Assembly (NCBI GenBank): GCA_044225365.1
Contig: JBGAIQ010000095.1
Span: 1 to 10,583, forward strand
Direction: 5' to 3'
DNA: 10,583 bases
Origin: Planctomycetota bacterium
GTDB taxonomy: Bacteria; Planctomycetota; B15-G4; JADJEK01
The number at the start of each line of letters is the position of its first letter. Positions within the stretch are counted from its first letter, which is position 1. The position numbers and the translations under genes are program-made. The notes below the pieces were generated by a model. The model worked only from the letters and a program-made list of their open reading frames with translations, was not told the DNA's origin and did not search any database. Shown one piece after another: positions 1 through 9,907 of the stretch.

Positions 1-1185
1 CGTGATACGGATCGCGTCGGCCCGCTCATGCTGCGCGCTGGACTCACGATGTATGGATTGCTCTCCCTCCCGCACCCAATCGAGTGGCCGCGGATGGCGT
101 CGCGTCGCGAGATCGCCGCGGTGTTCGGGGACGCGCGGGGCGCCCTGCCGCGGGGTCTCACCGGCGGTGGTTTCTACAGCGATGGCGCCACGCACGATGC
201 TCGCCTCACTCTCGCGCTCGCCGACGAGGCGCGCGCGGCCGGGGCGCTCGCGCTCACTCGAGTCGAAGCGCTCGACGTCGATTCCGCGGGAGACGAAGTC
301 CGTGTACACGCGATCGATCACGCCACCGGCGCGTCGCTCACGATCCGCTCGCGCAGCGTCGTTCTGGCCGCGGGTCCGTTCACGGACGATCTGAGGCGCC
401 GATTCCATTTCGATTCCCACCTCCTCGCCACGACTCGCGGCGCGCACATCGTGCTGCGCGGCGAGCGGCTCCGCCTTCGGCGGTCCGTGATCTTCACGTC
501 GGGGGTCGACGGCCGCGTCGTCTTCTTGCTGCGTTGGGGAACCTACACCGCCGTGGGCACGACGGATGTCGACGCCGACCCAAATGCGTCCGTCTCCGCA
601 ACGCCGGAAGAAGTCCGTTATCTCGTCGATTCGGCGAATTCGTTGCTACCGGACCTCGACCTCCGCGAACACGACGTGCTGTGCGCCGTCGCCGGATTGC
701 GTCCCTTGCTCCACGCAGGCGATCGAACGGCGTCGCAGCGCTCACGCGAGGAGACGATCCTCGAGGATGGGCCCCTGTTCACGATCGCGGGAGGAAAACT
801 CACGGGATATCGCGCGATCGCGGAAAAGGTCGGAGCGAGAGTCGCGCTGCATCTTCGCAAGGGCGACCCGAGCCCGTCCTCACCCACTCGCACGCACCGG
901 ATCCGCCCCACCTCGCCAGAGGCGGGCGAATTCGAAGAGCGCTTTCGAGCGCGCGATCTCGATTCGGCGAAGCTCGCTCTCGATCGCCTATTCGCGCGCG
1001 AATCCCTCCTCACTCCCGCCGACGTCGTCCTGCGACGCACCGATCTCGGACTCGACGCGCTGGACGTCGCTCAACGGGCGATCGAGTGGATCGAGCGGCA
1101 CTCGTCCCGCAAATTCGATGAGCGGGTCCTTCGCGAGTCCCGCGACGAGCTCGCGATTCGCCACTCATTTCGAAATCGATTGTGA
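1..1185 (+). CDS. glpD: FAD-dependent glycerol-3-phosphate dehydrogenase/oxidase (GlpD/GlpA family), 5'-partial
   Basis: Frame is open from base 1 (RDTDRVGPLMLRAGLTMYGLL), so the real start and the N-terminal FAD-binding motif lie upstream of the window. GlpD-family motifs: GGFYSDGATHDARL, VVLAAGPFTD, RGAHIV, DGRVVF, VGTTD, AGLRPL, SREE, TIAGGKLTGYRAIAE, DVVLRRT. Stop TGA at 1183-1185. Confidence 0.88.
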   Translation, partial: RDTDRVGPLMLRAGLTMYGLLSLPHPIEWPRMASRREIAAVFGDARGALPRGLTGGGFYSDGATHDARLTLALADEARAAGALALTRVEALDVDSAGDEVRVHAIDHATGASLTIRSRSVVLAAGPFTDDLRRRFHFDSHLLATTRGAHIVLRGERLRLRRSVIFTSGVDGRVVFLLRWGTYTAVGTTDVDADPNASVSATPEEVRYLVDSANSLLPDLDLREHDVLCAVAGLRPLLHAGDRTASQRSREETILEDGPLFTIAGGKLTGYRAIAEKVGARVALHLRKGDPSPSSPTRTHRIRPTSPEAGEFEERFRARDLDSAKLALDRLFARESLLTPADVVLRRTDLGLDALDVAQRAIEWIERHSSRKFDERVLRESRDELAIRHSFRNRL

Positions 1186-1313
1186 GCCGATTTCGCCGGT
1201 GGGTTCGAGGGTGAGCCCGAGACTACGGCGCACGACGACCTGCGGCGAGGTCTCGCGAATTCGCTGAAACCGATCGTGCGCTTCGAATCGCTAACGGTCC
1301 GTTCCGCGAGTCA

Positions 1314-1331
1314 CTCGTCCATGTGGACGAG
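1314..1331. promoter_or_regulatory. 18-bp palindrome (possible operator or 5'-UTR hairpin) upstream of the secreted Cys-rich gene
   Basis: CTCGTCCA-TG-TGGACGAG has perfect 8-bp arms and ends 39 nt before the ATG at 1371. Function is inferred only. Confidence 0.35.
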
Positions 1332-1370
1332 AAGGACCGGACGAATCACCCAAGATCGGGAGACCGTGTC

Positions 1371-2306
1371 ATGAAGAGCTCCATGCTCCGTCGCACTTTC
1401 GTGTCCGTCGCAGGACTCGTGCTCGCTTCGTCTTCGTTCGCCGCCACCGAGACGTTCCCGGCGGTCGAGGGCTCCGCGTTTCCCATGCAGGTCGCGGTCT
1501 CGAAGCTCGCGAACGAGTTGTATCCGAACTTCACGTACGTCGACGAATCCGGCGCGACGCTCACCACGCTCAGCCAGGATGTCGTCGTGCTGCAGATCTC
1601 TGCCAGCGGAAACGTCGATGCGCCGGCGAGCGCGCCGACGCTCCACGTGCGCCGTCACATCTTCGTGCGCGAGCCTTCGGTTTGGGCCCGAGTCGCGGAT
1701 GAGGACATCGACGTGCGCGATATCGCGAACTCGTCGTACCTGGATCTACGACTCTCGTTCCGCGCGGGCGGGATCGCCGCGGCTGTGAAGCACCCCGAAC
1801 TCGCGAACATCGGCGGCTGGCACTGCGACACCAGCATCAACATCACGCTCGACCAGGACATCAAGACGCTGGCGAAGTCGATCACCAATCCGACGAACGC
1901 GGCCGCGGCCGTTTCCGCCGCGATGAGTCACGTGAAGTCGCACAACGAGATCTCGTCCGTCACGGACGCCAATGGGAACACGATGCTGCTGAACGCGAAT
2001 CAAACCTGGGGTGATGGAATCCGCGCGCTCGCGGCCGCGGATGGCAAGGACATCGGTCTCTCCGATGCGGCGGCCGCTGCGTCCGGCAGCTTCTGGGACT
2101 GCGTCGACAAGTGCTTCTCCCAGATCGGACACGTCATCACGTGGACCGAGCTCCTTTGCGTGACGATCGGACTCGCGGCCTGCGGTCTCGCGGGCCCAGG
2201 TTTCCCGGCCTGCGCTGCACTCGTCATCGAGGGTTGTGGAATCGTTGGCCTCATCGGCCACCTCGACGCGCTGATCGCCTGCCTCATCAAGTGCGCGGTC
2301 GAGTAG
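1371..2306 (+). CDS. Secreted orphan protein (311 aa) with C-terminal hydrophobic 8-Cys module; putative halocin C8-like bacteriocin/toxin precursor
   Basis: GGGAGA RBS at 1358-1363 precedes ATG 1371. The N-terminus MKSSMLRRTFVSVAGLVLASSSFAA is a signal peptide with RRxF. The C-terminus is FWDCVDKC...ACLIKCAVE with 8 Cys. Codon usage is GC3-rich like neighbouring genes, and a strong hairpin follows. The CDS is well supported; the function is inference. Confidence 0.8.
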   Translation: MKSSMLRRTFVSVAGLVLASSSFAATETFPAVEGSAFPMQVAVSKLANELYPNFTYVDESGATLTTLSQDVVVLQISASGNVDAPASAPTLHVRRHIFVREPSVWARVADEDIDVRDIANSSYLDLRLSFRAGGIAAAVKHPELANIGGWHCDTSINITLDQDIKTLAKSITNPTNAAAAVSAAMSHVKSHNEISSVTDANGNTMLLNANQTWGDGIRALAAADGKDIGLSDAAAAASGSFWDCVDKCFSQIGHVITWTELLCVTIGLAACGLAGPGFPACAALVIEGCGIVGLIGHLDALIACLIKCAVE

Positions 2307-2333
2307 TCCGACCCACCGCATCGAGGTCGCCAT

Positions 2334-2388
2334 ACGAACGAACACCCTCTCGACGCACCACGCGCGTCGAGAGGGTGTTCGGCTTCGT
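2334..2388. terminator. Long hairpin between convergent genes, probable bidirectional terminator
   Basis: Perfect 18-bp inverted repeat CGAACACCCTCTCGACGC (2339-2356) / GCGTCGAGAGGGTGTTCG (2364-2381) with a 7-nt loop. It extends by ACGAA (2334-2338)/TTCGT (2384-2388) across a 2-nt bulge and lies between the stops at 2306 (+) and 2410 (-). No long U-tract. Confidence 0.7.
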
Positions 2389-2409
2389 TCCCCTTGCGTG
2401 GTGGACCGG

Positions 2410-6149
<3,740 letters not shown>

Positions 6150-6153
<4 letters not shown>

Positions 6154-7160
6154 CGGGGGAGCGGTCCATTGCGAGATGGACGAGAGTGGCCGTTCGTCGA
6201 CGCGTCCATTCCATTGCGTTTATGGGCGTGGACGGTGATGACTCCGTGGTGCGGCTTCTGCCGCTCCCGCGAAGTCACCTTGCATAGTTCGACGACGAAG
6301 CCGGCGTTTCTGAGGAGTTCTTCGAGTTCGCTGGGGTCGAACCCGAGCCGGACGTGGTTGAAGCGCTGGAGCGCGTCCTTGTGCGCGTGACGTTCGAGGG
6401 TCGCGGCGACCAGGGCTCCGCCGGGCTTCAGGACGCGGAAGAGTTCGCGAAAAGCCTGTTTCGGATCCTCGGAATACGTCAACGCGTGAAGGAGGAGGGC
6501 CTGGTCGAACGCGCCGTTATGGAACGGCAGCGAATGCATGTCGCCCCGGACGTAGCGGACGTTCTTCAGATGACGCAGGCGCGCCTTCCCTGCGACGCTC
6601 ACGCGCGCCGAGCGATCGAGACATGTCACGTGTCGCGATCGGAACGACAGCAATTCCGCGGTCACACCGTCGCCGGAGGCGACATCGAGGACGGCGCCGA
6701 GGCGCGCGAGCCCGAGAGCGCCCCACGCCGTCGCCTCCCAAGTGCGCCCGGGCGAGTAATGCCGATCCATTTGTCCCGCGACGGAATCGGCCCAGGTCCC
6801 GCCCTTGCCGCTGCGCCGTGCGAGTGCCTCCTCGAGGGCTTTCTTGTCCTTCGCGAGCAATGGGTCGTTCGCCTTCGCGATCTGGCCGCGCACGAACGCC
6901 AAGAGTCCCGCGGCGGGTTCCGGGATCGCCCCGTCGTTGAGGCGGTAGAAGGTCGATACGCCTTGCTTGCGATCGACGACGAGCGCCGCTTCCCGCAGGC
7001 GCATCAGATGCGTGGAGACTCGCGACTGTGCGAGCCGCGTGATCCGTGTGATCTCGGCGACGGTGAGCTCCTCCCGCTCGACGAGATGCAAGAGCCGAAC
7101 CCGCGTCGGGTCGGCCAGTAATCGAAAGAGGTCGGTCGTCGTCTCGAGACTTGGTGCCAT
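6150..7160 (-). CDS. ArsR-family HTH fused to a class I SAM-binding (methyltransferase-like) domain; SahR/SamR-type methionine/SAM-cycle regulator
   Basis: N-terminal ArsR wHTH ([10 protein letters not shown]...ELTVAEI...[19 protein letters not shown]). Linker [23 protein letters not shown]-binding motifs [26 protein letters not shown]. Its TGA overlaps the metH ATG (ATGA, 6153-6150). Confidence 0.9.
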
Positions 7161-7166
7161 GCGGCA

Positions 7167-7193
7167 TTCATCCGTTCATCGGGATGAAAGGAT
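7167..7193. promoter_or_regulatory. Putative autoregulatory operator of the ArsR/SAM regulator (overlapping palindromes)
   Basis: ATCC-G-TTCATC-GG-GATGAA-A-GGAT (7170-7193; 10 of 12 symmetric pairs) overlaps TTCATCC-N8-GGATGAA (7167-7188). Both lie between the promoter and the ATG at 7160. Confidence 0.65.
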
Positions 7194-7216
7194 CGCACAG
7201 ATTCTGCAATTGTCAA
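7189..7216 (-). promoter_or_regulatory. Sigma70-type promoter of the regulator-metH operon
   Basis: The minus strand reads TTGACA (7216-7211, consensus -35), a 16-nt spacer, then GATCCT (7194-7189) preceded by TGc (extended -10-like). The -10 is degenerate. Confidence 0.6.
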
Positions 7217-7244
7217 GACGGCGGACCCTCGCCCGTTCAAAGGG

Positions 7245-7691
7245 TCAGTGCGCGAAGACGCGCGCGGGGTCCTTGAACGACTTGAATTCCAGTGCGTTGC
7301 CCGAGGGATCGATCACGAACAACGTCGCTTGTTCCCCGATCTGCCCCTGGAACCGGATGCGAGGTCCGATGACGAACTCGATTCCCTTCGAGGCGAGTCG
7401 GTCCTTCAGGGCATGCCAGTCGTCCCAGGGGAGGACCATTCCGAAATGGCGAACGGGAACCGGATCGCCATCGACCGTGTTCGGGGCCGCGCGCCGCGCT
7501 TCCGCGGCATTCACGTGCGCGGAGATCTGGTGTCCGAAGAAGTCGAAGTCCACCCACGTCGTGGCGGAGCGGCCCTCCCGACAACCGAGAACATCGCCAT
7601 AGAAACGACGCGTCGCTTCGAGGTCCAGGACCGGAAAGGCGAGGTGGAAGGGATGGAGGTTCGGATGCTCGAACGATTGGGTCGCGCTCAT
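7245..7691 (-). CDS. VOC (glyoxalase/bleomycin resistance/extradiol dioxygenase) family protein, 148 aa
   Basis: [70 protein letters not shown]: the His/His/Glu metal-ligand pattern of VOC proteins. Start taken at ATG 7691, because the longer ORF to 7820 overlaps the divergent gene. Confidence 0.9.
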   Translation of the reverse strand: MSATQSFEHPNLHPFHLAFPVLDLEATRRFYGDVLGCREGRSATTWVDFDFFGHQISAHVNAAEARRAAPNTVDGDPVPVRHFGMVLPWDDWHALKDRLASKGIEFVIGPRIRFQGQIGEQATLFVIDPSGNALEFKSFKDPARVFAH

Positions 7692-7737
7692 GGGGCGATA
7701 GGATACCGCGACCCGTACTCCCTTCGAAAGCCGCACG

Positions 7738-9468
7738 ATGAACCGGACCCTTCGTCTCGCCGCGATCGCGCTCCTCCTCGTTGCTGACTCACCTTCGGCG
7801 CGCTCGCAGGATGTGGGCACGGTCGCCGACCTGCACGAACTCGTAGAGCTCTATCGCGCGGAGCGAGACGACTTGAATCGCTTCTACTCGGTCGACTCGT
7901 CGGCGACGAAGCAGGCGCGTTTCGAGCGACTCGCTGCCGACTGGAAATCGCGCCTCGCCGCCCTCGATTGGAGTTCGCTCTCGCAGGACGCACGCATCGA
8001 TTCGTATCTCCTCTCGGACCTCGTCGAGGCCGACCTCCGGGAGCGCACCCTTCGAGGGAATCAAACGACGGAAGACAAGGCGTTCCTTCCGTTCCTCGAA
8101 CGGATCGCGGCCATGGAGGAAGGCCGCTGGAAGCTCGCGCCGGTCGATGGACCCAAGGTGAGCGCGGAGATCTCTCAACTCACCCGCGAGGTGAAGGACG
8201 TCGAGGGACGCTTGGTGAAGCAAGGCGACCCGGTGAAGGACCTCCCGCCGCTCACTCGACCTCGTGCGTTGCGGATCGCGGCTCGGGTCGACGACGCCCG
8301 CGACGCGCTCGATCGCTTCTCGTATCACTACCTCCGCTACGACCCGGACGCGACTTGGTGGCTCGATGCGCCCATCAAGTCGCTTGCGGTCGCGCTCGAC
8401 TCGTATCGCGACAAACTGCGCCGCGAGATCGCGGGCAAGAGAGGCGGCGACGACGAACCCATGGTCGGCGAACCGATCGGTCACGACCGGCTCGTCGCCG
8501 CTCTGCAACGCGAACGCGTCGCCTACTCGCCCGAGGAGATCGTGAAGATCGGCGAGGACCAGCTCGCATTTTGCGACGCGGCGATGCTGAAGGCGGCGCA
8601 CGAGCTGAAGTGCGACACGATCGAGCAAGCCCTGGAGATCGTGAAGAGCCACCAGGCGAAGCCCGGTGCGCAGGACGACACGATCGAGCAGCTTGCGAAC
8701 GAGTCGATTGCGTTCCTCGACTCACACGATCTCGTCACGATCCCCGACCTGTGCCGCGAGACGTGGCGCGTCGACATGATGCCGCTGCCGGATCAACGCT
8801 TCCTCCCGTTCGCCGCCTACGGTGGGCAGTGCATGATCGTCAACTACGCGGCCGACGATCAGTCGCTGGAGGATCGCACGGCCCGCATGCGCGACAACAA
8901 CGTGCACTTCACCCGCAACGTGACACCGCACGAACTCATCCCGGGCCACCATCTCCAGGGGTTCATGGGCGCTCGCTATCGCCCTTATCGACGCGTCTTC
9001 AGCACGCCCTTCCTCGGGGAAGGTTGGTGTCTCTACTTCGAGTATCGCTACCTCGATCTCGGATGGGCGAAGTCACCGGAGGACAAACTCGGAATCCTCT
9101 TCTGGCGGCGCCATCGCGCGGCGCGGATCATCGTCTCGTTGAAGTACCACCTCGGAACGATGCAGCCCGATGAGATGGTGAAGTTCCTCGAGGATCGGGT
9201 CGGTTGGGGAGAGGGCGCAGCCAAGGGCGAGGTACGGCGCTTCCTCGAGGGTGGTTACGGTCCGCTGTATCAATGCGCCTACATGATCGGAGGACTTCAG
9301 CTCTACGCGTTGCATGACGAGATCGTGAAGTCCGGCAAGATGACCGAGAGAGCCTTCCACGACGCCGTCCTCCACGAGAACGCGATCCCGATCGAGCTGA
9401 TCCGCGCGCGTCTCTTGGATCTCCCGCTCGAACGAAACGCCAAGGCTTCGTGGCACTTCATGCCGTAG
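7738..9468 (+). CDS. Secreted DUF885 family protein (putative zinc metallopeptidase)
   Basis: Signal peptide [26 protein letters not shown]885 motifs [44 protein letters not shown]. Confidence 0.88.
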   Translation: MNRTLRLAAIALLLVADSPSARSQDVGTVADLHELVELYRAERDDLNRFYSVDSSATKQARFERLAADWKSRLAALDWSSLSQDARIDSYLLSDLVEADLRERTLRGNQTTEDKAFLPFLERIAAMEEGRWKLAPVDGPKVSAEISQLTREVKDVEGRLVKQGDPVKDLPPLTRPRALRIAARVDDARDALDRFSYHYLRYDPDATWWLDAPIKSLAVALDSYRDKLRREIAGKRGGDDEPMVGEPIGHDRLVAALQRERVAYSPEEIVKIGEDQLAFCDAAMLKAAHELKCDTIEQALEIVKSHQAKPGAQDDTIEQLANESIAFLDSHDLVTIPDLCRETWRVDMMPLPDQRFLPFAAYGGQCMIVNYAADDQSLEDRTARMRDNNVHFTRNVTPHELIPGHHLQGFMGARYRPYRRVFSTPFLGEGWCLYFEYRYLDLGWAKSPEDKLGILFWRRHRAARIIVSLKYHLGTMQPDEMVKFLEDRVGWGEGAAKGEVRRFLEGGYGPLYQCAYMIGGLQLYALHDEIVKSGKMTERAFHDAVLHENAIPIELIRARLLDLPLERNAKASWHFMP

Positions 9469-9811
9469 GAGCGGACGGCTTGTGCGTCCGGTTCGGTCTG
9501 CACAGCAATCCACGTCCTTGAAGGTCGCGCTGCCCTTCCGGGACTTCGTGCCGCGTCACTTCGTGTAGCACTCGGCGGGGTGTGCGCTCGGGGAACTCGG
9601 TTCGACTCCGCGCGCGGCGGACCGCGCATGCTTTGCGAACGGACTCCCGCTCGCGCTTCCTGTCCCCAGGGTTTGGGAAAGCACGATTCGCCGAATCGGT
9701 CTTGAAACGCCATCGACTCGCATCGGCTCCCGTGGCGCGGACGCCCCGGTCGCCAATGCTCTCCTTCTACCTCGATTCCGGCCGTGAGAGTCCGGCGCGG
9801 ATTCGCTGCGC

Positions 9812-9841
9812 AAAAACGGGTCGACAGCCGTCGACCCCTAC
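9812..9841 (-). repeat. GTAG-type REP-like hairpin 1, also the likely intrinsic terminator of the TPR gene
   Basis: Minus strand reads GTAG-GGGTCGAC-GGCT-GTCGACCC-G-TTTTT: an 8-bp stem followed by a U5 tract, about 70 nt downstream of the TAA at 9910-9908. Confidence 0.65.
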
Positions 9842-9849
9842 GAATACCC

Positions 9850-9873
9850 GTAGGGGCGCACGGCAGTGCGCCC
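9850..9873 (+). repeat. GTAG-type REP-like hairpin 2 (inverted relative to hairpin 1)
   Basis: GTAG-GGGCGCAC-GGCA-GTGCGCCC has the same architecture as hairpin 1, with an 8-nt spacer between them. A degenerate third copy GTGCGCAC-GGCG-GTGCTCCC lies at 9887-9906. Confidence 0.65.
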
Positions 9874-9907
9874 GGACCCACGAATAGTGCGCACGGCGGT
9901 GCTCCCC

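Noticed and set aside
1323-1370. Upstream GTG start (1323) for the Cys-rich gene
   Set aside because: No RBS, and it lies inside the palindrome. ATG 1371 has GGGAGA and places the signal peptide at the N-terminus.
2091-2306. Sactipeptide, ranthipeptide or lanthipeptide precursor, or Fe-S/heme-binding motif
   Set aside because: No modifying enzymes in the window, the protein carries an export signal, and there is no CxxCH or ferredoxin CxxCxxC motif.
7161-7244. SAM or cobalamin riboswitch ahead of the metH operon
   Set aside because: The gap is only 84 nt, is occupied by promoter and operator, and has no aptamer consensus.
7738-9468. DUF885 protein as the dedicated maturation protease of the Cys-rich precursor
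   Set aside because: It lies over 5 kb away, beyond an unrelated operon, and DUF885 genes are widespread. Nothing in the sequence links the two.
9527-9548. SRP RNA helix-8-like motif on the minus strand (AAGTCCCGGAAGGGCAGC)
   Set aside because: Has a CCC-GGAA-GGG tetraloop hairpin but lacks the conserved CAGG/AGCA internal loop and the long flanking helix.
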